Shown piece by piece: positions 1 through 8,181 of a DNA stretch of 36,421 nucleotides. The notes beneath the pieces are model-generated. The model worked only from the letters and a program-made list of their open reading frames with translations. It ran no database searches and was not told the DNA's origin. The position numbers and the translations under genes are program-made. Source of the stretch: an uncultured Candidatus Saccharibacteria bacterium. Lineage in GTDB: Bacteria; Patescibacteriota; Minisyncoccia; Phycocordibacterales; UBA9973. Each line of letters begins with the position of its first letter. Positions within the stretch are counted from its first letter, which is position 1. Location: positions 1-36,421 of the forward strand of contig CAZRTW010000002.1 in NCBI GenBank assembly GCA_964603145.1, in the 5' to 3' direction.

Positions 1-16
1 TTTTATTTCACTTACT

Positions 17-487
17 ATGAAACATGAACAAATACAAAATGATGTGCTGGGGATGCTCGGGGCTCTTGGGTATGAGGGCGCTGATGTAGCGGTTACGTAT
101 GATGACGGAGCAAATACGCTCTGGTTCTCAATCACCTCTCCACATACACGACTCCTTCTCACACGAGAAGCCGAAGCGCTTTCCGCACTCAACCATCTTG
201 CTGCACGCATAGTTGAGAAAACAAACACACCTGAATTGCGAGGGCCGCGTATTGTAGTGGACGCGAACAATCATGAGAAGAAAAAGATTGATACACTCCG
301 AACAACGGCGCATATGATGGCAGAGCGCGCTCGTTATTTTAAAGCTTCCGTTGATCTTGAGCCGATGTCAGCGCATAATCGTCGCATCGTCCACGAATTT
401 CTCTCTGAAGCGACTGATATAAAAACAGAATCAGCCGGTGAAGGTCCGGGGCGACACGTCGTCATTAAATATATTGGAGGACTGTAA
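17..487 (+). CDS. jag: Jag/KhpB-family RNA-binding protein (KH + R3H domains)
   Basis: 156-aa ORF. C-terminal R3H signature 'MSAHNRRIVHEFL...ESAGEGPGRHVVI'. Followed by a strong hairpin at 520-557. Confidence 0.8.
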   Translation: MKHEQIQNDVLGMLGALGYEGADVAVTYDDGANTLWFSITSPHTRLLLTREAEALSALNHLAARIVEKTNTPELRGPRIVVDANNHEKKKIDTLRTTAHMMAERARYFKASVDLEPMSAHNRRIVHEFLSEATDIKTESAGEGPGRHVVIKYIGGL

Positions 488-519
488 AACAAAGAACAAG
501 AATCAAGAAACATAAAAAC

Positions 520-557
520 AACCAAAACCCCGCGCCATTCGGCGCGGGGTTTTGGTT
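520..557. terminator. Bidirectional intrinsic terminator between convergent jag and 579-1892
   Basis: 17-bp perfect stem (aaccaaaaccccgcgcc / ggcgcggggttttggtt) with a 4-nt loop. A/T runs are built into the stem. Confidence 0.85.
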
Positions 558-578
558 GTTGTTCCCTGTTTCTTTGTT

Positions 579-1892
579 TTATTGTTCCTTGATCTCCCCC
601 ATATTGAGCGCCCAGAGTGATTCAGTATTTTTGTCGATAAACACGAGATATGTTTCAGTTGAGTCAAGAGAGAGGCGGATTGCGTCAAGATTATTTCCTT
701 CCCCATTTGAAATTTCATACATAATTCCAGTTGAGGCATCGATTTTCCAAAAGCTATCATTAAAGTGAGTTACCCCTTGGTACCAACTATCAGGGTATTC
801 TCCTCGTGTAGCTGTTTTTGAAGCTGCACAATAAAACACAAGAGAGTTCTTTGCCCAGATACATTTTTCCGGCAGTGTTTGTAGCCCGATATTAATATCA
901 GAGCCATCAGAAAGGCGTTTGATATGGAGTGTAAGACCACCACCTCCAGAAACATTGTAGAGGAGGGATTTACCATCCGGGCTGATTTTTGTTGTGAGGC
1001 CGGTCACCCCACCTGCAATTTTCTGGAATACTCCGCTCTTTGGAACGAAATATGCTTGGCCAGGAAGAAGCGCTGTCGCCTTTGTTGTGAGGACCGGCAC
1101 ACCACTAGCCCAATCGAGGAGCCATTCAGAAAATGAACTGGAGAAGAGCTGTTTCTTTCCTGTGCCATCGGATTTCATACTGATGCCTGCTACGCCGTTG
1201 CCGGTTGGGAGAAGAAAGAGAATATTTTTACCGTCAGTAGAAAAAGTAATATCAACAATATTGTCTGGGAGGAATTCTCCTTTTACCGTCCCGTCAGATG
1301 ATGTTGTCGTTGGGGCGACACGGCGGCCTAGATAGGTTGCAACACCTTGGTTATCGTCTTTTACGTAACGGAAAATAATTGTTTCTCCCCCGTCGCCAAA
1401 ATACGCTTCAGCCGTTCGAGAAAGCACAGTGCCAGATGTCTTCTTGCTATTTTGCCCTGTGATCTCTACATCATAGAGATAGCCAGTGCCACGTTCGGCA
1501 AAACGAACAACCGGAATCTTTGAAGCGGGAATCGGACTACCACTTGGGTCGTTGATACTATAGTCAGGAGTGCCTTCTGGAGGAGGAGGGAGCACTGTGG
1601 CCCCTGCGACTACCTTGTTCGAGAGTTTGGTAAGACGCTTTGGGCCGGAAGATGTGCTCGGGGTTTCAGAATCCGGATTTTCCCCGCCGATTGTTCCAGT
1701 CGTAGGATTTTCCGTATTTGGAGTATTGTTGTTCCCGAATGGGAAGAGCGAACTCAAGATACTTTTTTGAGTGCCTGGCTCTCCATTCTGGCTATTTTTA
1801 TATGCTTGATATACCCAAACACCCAAAATAATAAGGGCGAGTGCAACAAGAATAATGATTTTTTTTCGAGACATAAAATACGCTTTCTCCAT
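579..1892 (-). CDS. Membrane-anchored protein with TolB-like (PD40-type) beta-propeller repeats; function unknown
   Basis: N-terminal TM 'IIILVALALIILGVWVY', a low-complexity linker, and recurring 'S(T/P)DGK..L' motifs (FSTDGKNILFLL, ISPDGKSLLYNV). An alternative start at ATG 1874 (MSRKKIII...) is plausible because TATAAT (1891-1896) overlaps the ATG at 1892. Confidence 0.7.
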   Translation of the reverse strand: MEKAYFMSRKKIIILVALALIILGVWVYQAYKNSQNGEPGTQKSILSSLFPFGNNNTPNTENPTTGTIGGENPDSETPSTSSGPKRLTKLSNKVVAGATVLPPPPEGTPDYSINDPSGSPIPASKIPVVRFAERGTGYLYDVEITGQNSKKTSGTVLSRTAEAYFGDGGETIIFRYVKDDNQGVATYLGRRVAPTTTSSDGTVKGEFLPDNIVDITFSTDGKNILFLLPTGNGVAGISMKSDGTGKKQLFSSSFSEWLLDWASGVPVLTTKATALLPGQAYFVPKSGVFQKIAGGVTGLTTKISPDGKSLLYNVSGGGGLTLHIKRLSDGSDINIGLQTLPEKCIWAKNSLVFYCAASKTATRGEYPDSWYQGVTHFNDSFWKIDASTGIMYEISNGEGNNLDAIRLSLDSTETYLVFIDKNTESLWALNMGEIKEQ

Positions 1893-1924
1893 TATACGGC
1901 ACCGAGGTATTTCTTACTACCAGA

Positions 1925-3754
1925 TTATCTCGCCCAGCCGCAGTGCACATGATTCCAATGGTCTGCACGGGTGTTAAAGCCAGTGGCCTTACAAAGTCCG
2001 GTGATATTTTTCCCATTTGCATCCTTTGGGTAGGAATCGCATGGCCCAAGAAGTTCGGTCGCTCCTGCGAGCTTACATGCTCCTCCTATGGCTTTTACAC
2101 GGGGGAGATCTGTCGCTCGGGCGGATATATCGAATGCAACTCCGAGATAGTGTCGTGAATCAGCGCTGTGGTCTCCCCCTAGGATTTCGCTCACACTTAT
2201 TGGGCTACTTGAAGCATCTGAAGCAGCAATCAATCCTGAGAGCATCTCGGCACTAAGCGCAACTTGCTTTGACCCTACATCACTACGTGCGCTTGTCCAT
2301 GCAAGAAGATTTTTTGAAGTATCAATAATATTTTGTTGTGGGCTTGAACGACTGTCCCCCTTTTGGTCAGCTTGGAAAGTAATTTTTGAATTTTTAAGAA
2401 TATCTTCCGCAAGTTTCTGTGCGCTTCCTGTAACGATCGTAATGTTTGTTGGTGGCGTGACTGTTGTTGGGATGGTTCCATCGGTATCAGTTATTGGACC
2501 TTCTCCCCCTAAATCTACCCCCGTAATATTCACCGAAACATCAGTCAGGGCGGGGTTAATAGTATTAAGCAGAATATATGAACCAAGCGCGAGAAGAAGT
2601 CCAAAGAGCGCATTCATAATACGGCTCTTAGCACCCTCCTTCTCTCCAAGAGAGATAGTCGACATATACTCAATACCACCGATCACGATCATAAGTACTG
2701 CTAGTACTCCGATGATACCAATGACGAGCTTAATGATGCTTTCGATATAAATACCAACCCCCTCTTTCACATTGATCTTGCCAGTTGGATCGATATTCCC
2801 ATTCGCGTCTGGTATTGGGAGTGGAGCGAGCATGCAGTATGTGTCGGTACCTTCACTGATACAGTTGTATCCATTCGGAGCGGCATTTGTTGGTTTATCA
2901 ACGATCGGAGTGTAGTACTCAGGAATAGTAAATGACCCCAAATTCCACATGGATGGTTCAGTAAGCCAAGCTCCCTCTATTCGTTGACGATTCAGTCCGA
3001 TACAATATGTTCCGCTCGGGAGATTATTATGCAGCCCCTTTCCCCACCAGTCTTTAATAGAATAGAGAGAACGGTCTTCATTCAAAAATGAGTCAACGGC
3101 TCCGCCTTCAACCGTTGTTGTTCCATTGTATGGGTTATGCTCACTCCCCTTCCATGTATTATCTTGCAAGCAAGCTCCTTTGGAGTTTGTTTCAGTCCCA
3201 AGAACCATCTGATATTTTGCTTCAACATTTGGGTCAGTAATATCAATTTTGACCTCAACCCATGGGGTGCTGTCACTATTAACTGAGGCATACGCAAGTT
3301 TAAATTTTTCTTTATTAACTTTGTTTGAGGTGACTGTAATTTTTCGGGTATTTGCGTATGGGCTGAAATCAAAATCCTTGAATGTGTTTACTCCGAGTTT
3401 TGTTGTGCGCTCATTAGATTCGAACCATCCTGTGCAATAAGCTCCATCAGGGAGGTCCTTCCATGTGTATGTAAGTTCGTACGGTTTTACGCCGTTCGTT
3501 TTTGGTGTAGCAAATTCTCGAGAAACGTATTTAGAATTAAATGTGCAGTCATCATCTTTTTCTGTTCCGAGGGCGAACTTAAGCGTGCCATCGTATGTAT
3601 CGTAGTATTGCAGCTTTACAACGTATCCTCCGTTTCCATCCATGAGTGGAGCTGATGATTGTTCCACATTGTCTCGTGCGAAAGCACTACCCGCCGGAAC
3701 GAGCAGAAGAAGCAATACTGTAAAGCCAATTACCCATGATGTATTTTTTTTCAT
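1925..3754 (-). CDS. Secreted modular protein: duplicated Cys-containing N-domain + VirB2/TrbC-like pilin hairpin + C-terminal LAS/M15-type zinc peptidase
   Basis: Signal peptide 'VLLLLLVPAGSAFA'. Two hydrophobic helices (aa ~335-362 and ~379-398) are separated by the charged loop 'STISLGEKEGAKSR'. The C-terminus has 'SRHYLGVAFD' (SxHxxGxAxD) and 'NHVHCG' (HxH) zinc-ligand motifs. The start lies 4 nt after the stop of the upstream gene. Confidence 0.8.
   Translation of the reverse strand: MKKNTSWVIGFTVLLLLLVPAGSAFARDNVEQSSAPLMDGNGGYVVKLQYYDTYDGTLKFALGTEKDDDCTFNSKYVSREFATPKTNGVKPYELTYTWKDLPDGAYCTGWFESNERTTKLGVNTFKDFDFSPYANTRKITVTSNKVNKEKFKLAYASVNSDSTPWVEVKIDITDPNVEAKYQMVLGTETNSKGACLQDNTWKGSEHNPYNGTTTVEGGAVDSFLNEDRSLYSIKDWWGKGLHNNLPSGTYCIGLNRQRIEGAWLTEPSMWNLGSFTIPEYYTPIVDKPTNAAPNGYNCISEGTDTYCMLAPLPIPDANGNIDPTGKINVKEGVGIYIESIIKLVIGIIGVLAVLMIVIGGIEYMSTISLGEKEGAKSRIMNALFGLLLALGSYILLNTINPALTDVSVNITGVDLGGEGPITDTDGTIPTTVTPPTNITIVTGSAQKLAEDILKNSKITFQADQKGDSRSSPQQNIIDTSKNLLAWTSARSDVGSKQVALSAEMLSGLIAASDASSSPISVSEILGGDHSADSRHYLGVAFDISARATDLPRVKAIGGACKLAGATELLGPCDSYPKDANGKNITGLCKATGFNTRADHWNHVHCGWAR
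2504..2839 (-). repeat. Copy 1 of a perfect 336-bp direct repeat (pilin-hairpin cassette)
   Basis: A base-by-base comparison shows 336/336 identity with 5525-5860 (offset 3021). Identity ends abruptly at both edges. Confidence 0.97.
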
Positions 3755-3758
3755 GTGA

Positions 3759-4760
3759 TTATTCGAGCGTCAATTGAAGACTACTTTCTGCTTCTTGGAA
3801 CAATCTGCTTGGGTTCATAATGCTTACAAAGAGCGAAGCACTTCCTTTTGTGGTTGTGTCACGATGAAGAAAGAGAACACCAGGAGTTTTTGGAGTAGGG
3901 AGCGGGTCGCCGTTTAATTCCCAATCATATTTAAGAGCTGCTGATGTTGGGCTTTTTTTCGAGAAGAAGTATGGCAAAACAATAACAGTTGTGTCACTTC
4001 CTGAAACCGAGTGCACTCCGGTGAGAGCAGTATCAAAAAGTGGACCATAGAGCGGGCTACCAGCATACCAGAGAACCTTAGGCTGGTATCCGTTAACACG
4101 AGCATTTCCTTTAGTGCTTACGGTTCCATCAGGTGTTGAAACAGAAACGGAAGCACTCTTTGATTGCGCGAGGTATGTAAGAGATGTTTTAAAAGAGTCA
4201 ATGCCATATCCTGATGCATTTTCGTCAGGATTGAAATCTTCTTGCCACGAATAAATAAAATTCTGTACTGGCACGAAATTCCCCTTCGTATCCTTTACTT
4301 GAGGGATTGCAACAAATTTGATATCAGATTCCGAAGACGGCAATGCTTTGCCACGATACAGTGGTGGGACTATAGAATCCGTTGACTGCCAGAGAATATC
4401 AACAGTCATTGGAGTTATGACGATTGTTTTAGTGATAGGGACTGATCCAACAGGCACGATGTAAATACCAATAGTTGTCGGTGAGCCGAGCTCTTTTGTG
4501 GTAAAAGTGAAGTGATCTGCCCCTACGCCTACGGCAGATTTTTTGCCGTCCTGTCGCCATTCGATTGTTGAGGATTTTAGGTCAACAACGAAGCTTTTAA
4601 TAGTCAGAGTGACACTCTCGCCTGGGCCAGGATTTTCCGGGGATGCTGTGACGGATATATCGGAATTGAAGTTTCCACCTGTTGGTGTTTGGGCACGGGC
4701 GTGAAGAAGCGGCACAAAAAGCATAGTGAGAAGGAATGCGCCAATAATTCTACGAAACAT
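3759..4760 (-). CDS. Secreted beta-rich (Ig-like) protein, function unknown
   Basis: The internal ATG at 4760 gives the classical signal peptide 'MFRRIIGAFLLTMLFVPLLHARA'. TGCTATACT lies 6 nt upstream. The longer ORF to 4844 would run through hairpin 4776-4808 into the upstream gene. Confidence 0.7.
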   Translation of the reverse strand: MFRRIIGAFLLTMLFVPLLHARAQTPTGGNFNSDISVTASPENPGPGESVTLTIKSFVVDLKSSTIEWRQDGKKSAVGVGADHFTFTTKELGSPTTIGIYIVPVGSVPITKTIVITPMTVDILWQSTDSIVPPLYRGKALPSSESDIKFVAIPQVKDTKGNFVPVQNFIYSWQEDFNPDENASGYGIDSFKTSLTYLAQSKSASVSVSTPDGTVSTKGNARVNGYQPKVLWYAGSPLYGPLFDTALTGVHSVSGSDTTVIVLPYFFSKKSPTSAALKYDWELNGDPLPTPKTPGVLFLHRDTTTKGSASLFVSIMNPSRLFQEAESSLQLTLE

Positions 4761-4766
4761 GCATAT

Positions 4767-4775
4767 AGTATAGCA
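4767..4775 (-). promoter_or_regulatory. Extended -10 box TGCTATACT, 6 nt upstream of ATG 4760
   Basis: Read directly on the minus strand. It immediately follows terminator hairpin 4776-4808. No SD sequence lies between the box and the ATG. Confidence 0.5.
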
Positions 4776-4808
4776 ATAAGCCCTCCGCTTATGAAGCGGA
4801 GGGCTTAT
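4776..4808 (-). terminator. Hairpin terminator after CDS 4814-6325
   Basis: 13-bp stem (ataagccctccgc / gcggagggcttat) with a 7-nt loop. The U-tract is weak on the minus strand. Confidence 0.6.
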
Positions 4809-4813
4809 TTGTT

Positions 4814-6325
4814 TTACATCCAAGAGCTTGGATGGTCCATGCAATACATCATTTTTTTTGAAGCGTTTCGAGCCTCTTCTAAGTCTGTATTTTTCTTCGT
4901 ATGTTCAGGATTGTCATATGGGCATTCCCATGCTTTTACTGGCTTGTTCGCGGGGATGCAACTTGTTTCATTTTTGCAGTCTTTACTTGGTTTGCACCAT
5001 CCCGGCCCCGCTCCTTGTGCAGCTGCGACATTTCGCCAGTCTGTCCCGCATTGAGTGCTTTGAATGTATCGAATAAATTTCTCCTGAATACAAATAATTT
5101 TATCAATATTTTGGGGGTCAGAAAGCCATGATCCTGTTATTGTTCCAACAACACTACACTGTTTTGCATATGTCTGAGCAGTTGTGGGAAGTTGTTGGAA
5201 AATGCCATAAGCACGTCCATATTTTGTCATTTTACCCGGCTTAGTAATGTCGCAAGCTGATTCTTCTACCATATTTACTTTCATAAAGCGGGCAAGTTCA
5301 GGGTCGGACACAACTGCATCAATGCGAGCTGCATATTTTTTGCACATAGAGGTGATTCCTTCGCAATCCATTTTTCTGTCCCATGGCTTACAAATTTTTG
5401 CCATTTCATCACTTGTTTCCTGAGTGGTTGGCTTTGAAATTTTGACACCGGAATTTGGGTCTTTAACTATAAATTCAGTTTCGGGGGTCACTGTCACACT
5501 TTCTCCTTCTACTAATACCCCACTTCCCCCTAAATCTACCCCCGTAATATTCACCGAAACATCAGTCAGGGCGGGGTTAATAGTATTAAGCAGAATATAT
5601 GAACCAAGCGCGAGAAGAAGTCCAAAGAGCGCATTCATAATACGGCTCTTAGCACCCTCCTTCTCTCCAAGAGAGATAGTCGACATATACTCAATACCAC
5701 CGATCACGATCATAAGTACTGCTAGTACTCCGATGATACCAATGACGAGCTTAATGATGCTTTCGATATAAATACCAACCCCCTCTTTCACATTGATCTT
5801 GCCAGTTGGATCGATATTCCCATTCGCGTCTGGTATTGGGAGTGGAGCGAGCATGCAGTAAGCGCTCGTGTCTGTGCTCACACATCCATAACCGTTCGAG
5901 GCAGGTGGCTTGGTTGTGTCATCCGGATCTATCGTTGTTGTTGTGACAGGAGCTGTTTTTGTGGTAAATGTTCCGGTCAGTTTTGAGAAAAACGAATTAT
6001 CCTCAGGATAAATAGTATAACTATAGAGTGAACCAGTATTTAATCCTTTACATGCGACAATAAACTTTTCTGTGGTCGAAACTTGGCTACCTGGTTCCTT
6101 AGTTTCTTTTCCATCCTTGTCCACGCAAGTGATGAACATTTTTGTTTTAAAATCCTTTACCGAGCCAAGTTCAACCGCAAAAACTGCGATTGTGGTAGTG
6201 ATATCTTCCTGTACGATTTTTGCGCTTGTTGCTGCTTGTGCGAAGCCAGTGCCAAGCAAAAATACTCCAACGAAAAGGACTACACCTACCTTTGTCCAAA
6301 ATGTAGAACTGAAAATTTTTCTCAT
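4814..6325 (-). CDS. Secreted modular protein: N-domain + identical VirB2/TrbC-like pilin hairpin + C-terminal SLT-type lytic transglycosylase (VirB1-like)
   Basis: Signal peptide 'VVLFVGVFLLGTGFAQA'. aa 156-267 are identical to aa 306-417 of the 1925-3754 product. The C-domain has 'NMVEESACD...YGRAYGIFQQLPTTA' (catalytic E-S and a GLMQ-like motif of SLT domains). The start is 6 nt after the virB4 stop. Confidence 0.8.
   Translation of the reverse strand: MRKIFSSTFWTKVGVVLFVGVFLLGTGFAQAATSAKIVQEDITTTIAVFAVELGSVKDFKTKMFITCVDKDGKETKEPGSQVSTTEKFIVACKGLNTGSLYSYTIYPEDNSFFSKLTGTFTTKTAPVTTTTIDPDDTTKPPASNGYGCVSTDTSAYCMLAPLPIPDANGNIDPTGKINVKEGVGIYIESIIKLVIGIIGVLAVLMIVIGGIEYMSTISLGEKEGAKSRIMNALFGLLLALGSYILLNTINPALTDVSVNITGVDLGGSGVLVEGESVTVTPETEFIVKDPNSGVKISKPTTQETSDEMAKICKPWDRKMDCEGITSMCKKYAARIDAVVSDPELARFMKVNMVEESACDITKPGKMTKYGRAYGIFQQLPTTAQTYAKQCSVVGTITGSWLSDPQNIDKIICIQEKFIRYIQSTQCGTDWRNVAAAQGAGPGWCKPSKDCKNETSCIPANKPVKAWECPYDNPEHTKKNTDLEEARNASKKMMYCMDHPSSWM
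5525..5860 (-). repeat. Copy 2 of a perfect 336-bp direct repeat (pilin-hairpin cassette)
   Basis: Identical to 2504-2839, in the same orientation and the same reading frame (112 codons). Confidence 0.97.
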
Positions 6326-6331
6326 ACGATA

Positions 6332-8176
6332 CTACTCTACAGCTTTTGACAGCTCATTGCGCGACTTTTGAAGGGCAAGAATCTGTGATGGATCGCTCGT
6401 GATGAGCTGGTCTTCTGTGTATGAAGCAATAATCTTAATTGCCACGTGTTTGAGACCTGCAAAGAAGATTCCCTCACCTTTACTACACTCAAGCAGAAGG
6501 TATTTTTCTTCGTCTGTCAGATTGAATGTTTTTTGGAGCGCCTCTACGGTTGATGGAGATTGTTTAAGAAGGAGTTGCAGACTTGAGTTTGTGATGATTG
6601 GCACGCCGTATGGGCTCTTCATAAAGTCGCCCACATCTTGGGTGATAGTTGCAAGACCCAAGAAATATTTTCGCCCACGTTTTGCAATTGAAAAGAGGAA
6701 CGATGCGGTATCGTCTGATTTCATCATCCACCATGCCTCGTCCACCACCAAGAGTCGTTTTTTTATGTTTTTGCGCACTTCATTCCAGATGAAATGCGTC
6801 ACGATGTTCATCGCCGCTGGTTTCAAATCGTCTTCCATGTCACGCACAGAGAAGACTACAAACTTTTTATTAATATCCACATTTGATGGCTGGTTGATGA
6901 ACCCTGCCCATGAGCCGTGCGTATATTTAGAGAGACGCGCAACCAACGAATCTGTTCCTTCCATACCGGAGAGGACCATTTCAAAGTCAGAGAGAAGCGG
7001 TGGTTCGATTTGGGCAAAATCAGAATCAGGAGTGATGTCTTTGATCGCATAGTTTTCCATAATCGCGCGATCGATGAGTGAATCTTCTTCTGGAGTGAGG
7101 CCGCCGAGCATAATACGGAAAAGACCAACAAGGTTAATCACGTTTCCACGGAGTACATCAGTATTGGTCTCCCCTTCTCCTGGGAGCGGGAGGTCAAATG
7201 GATTGATGTGGCTACCTGAGTTGAGGGAAATATTAAAGTAACGACCGCCAAGCGCTTCGGCCAAGCGTTCGTATTCACGTTCTGGGTCGATCACAATCAC
7301 TTCCGTTTCGAACATGAGTGATCGGATGATCTCAAGTTTTGTCGCGTATGATTTACCGGCACCGGAGGTCGCGAAAATAATTGAGTTGTAGTTATCGAGC
7401 GAGAATCGATCGAAAATGATAAGTGAAGAGTTCTGTCTATTCACGCCATACAGAATTCCCTTGTCTGAAGTAAGATCGAATGAAACAAACGGGAAGAAGC
7501 TCGAGAGCGGTTCAGAATTGAGTTTCTGATAAATCCGGAGATGGTCGTCCTCAAGCGGAAGAATGCTTTTAAAGCCATCATCCTGTTGGAAGAGGGCCGG
7601 CTTGAAGTAAATGAGTTTAGACTCAAGGATTGATTTGATTTCGTTCTCAATCTTGTAGAGTTCCGTGTCATTGTCTGCGTAAATAGTGAGATATAGTCCT
7701 ACATCAAACATTTTTTCTTGGGCTTGGGTAAGGCGGTCGCGCAAATCCTCAAGGTTCTGGTTTGCCACATCAAGTTCCGGGTCGCGCACCAGACCTTTTG
7801 ATTCGCGAGTCATAATCTGACTTTGTACTTCTGCCACTTTTTTCTGGAAATTTCGAAGAACGATTGCTGTTTCAACTGGGTGGATCACAATCGAAATATC
7901 AAATACTTTGTCGAGGTTAATGATTGGGGTGAGCCAGTTGTCGTTGATGGTTGAAGGATATGAAATAACGAAGTAGGTTCGGGCAATTTTGTCGCCGAGG
8001 TTGATGGACTTTGGTTCAATCTTAAGCGCAGATGGCGCAATAATGTCTTTGAGTTCGAGTGTGGCTGCCTCGTAGATCTGGTCTGGCAGAACAGGCATGG
8101 CATTTGACTGAATGCGCGTGGAGCTCTGCGCATTTTTGCTCGTATTCGTATTTCCAAAAAGTCCAAAAAATGCCAT
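6332..8176 (-). CDS. virB4: VirB4/TrbE/CagE-family type IV secretion ATPase (middle + ATPase domains)
   Basis: Walker A 'FATSGAGKSYATK', Walker B 'RLLVVDEAWWMM'. The N-terminal part 'IAPSALKIEPKSINLGDKIARTYFVISYP' is typical of Gram-positive VirB4 homologues. Confidence 0.85.
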   Translation of the reverse strand: MAFFGLFGNTNTSKNAQSSTRIQSNAMPVLPDQIYEAATLELKDIIAPSALKIEPKSINLGDKIARTYFVISYPSTINDNWLTPIINLDKVFDISIVIHPVETAIVLRNFQKKVAEVQSQIMTRESKGLVRDPELDVANQNLEDLRDRLTQAQEKMFDVGLYLTIYADNDTELYKIENEIKSILESKLIYFKPALFQQDDGFKSILPLEDDHLRIYQKLNSEPLSSFFPFVSFDLTSDKGILYGVNRQNSSLIIFDRFSLDNYNSIIFATSGAGKSYATKLEIIRSLMFETEVIVIDPEREYERLAEALGGRYFNISLNSGSHINPFDLPLPGEGETNTDVLRGNVINLVGLFRIMLGGLTPEEDSLIDRAIMENYAIKDITPDSDFAQIEPPLLSDFEMVLSGMEGTDSLVARLSKYTHGSWAGFINQPSNVDINKKFVVFSVRDMEDDLKPAAMNIVTHFIWNEVRKNIKKRLLVVDEAWWMMKSDDTASFLFSIAKRGRKYFLGLATITQDVGDFMKSPYGVPIITNSSLQLLLKQSPSTVEALQKTFNLTDEEKYLLLECSKGEGIFFAGLKHVAIKIIASYTEDQLITSDPSQILALQKSRNELSKAVE

Positions 8177-8181
8177 AAAAA

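Noticed and set aside
2504-2839. The 336-bp exact repeat as an insertion sequence, a MITE or a CRISPR-like element.
   Set aside because: Both copies are in frame within long ORFs and encode a coherent two-helix membrane module. There are no terminal inverted repeats, target-site duplications, transposase or spacer-repeat periodicity.
3417-3426. A tRNA T-loop-like GGTTCGAATC on the minus strand.
   Set aside because: It lies inside CDS 1925-3754, where it encodes 'GWFESN'. The flanking bases cannot form a T-stem (GATGG versus CTAAT) or an acceptor stem. I found no tRNA-like cloverleaf anywhere in the window.
4761-4844. N-terminal extensions in the ORF track: 4761-4844, 20874-20990, 25039-25182, 30172-30195, 30650-30721, 32468-32521, 34730-34798 and 35843-36019.
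   Set aside because: The extensions run through terminator hairpins or overlap the upstream gene. They precede canonical N-termini (signal peptides, or conserved starts of PcrA, ComM, PNPase and S15). The shorter starts have a -10 box 6-10 nt upstream.
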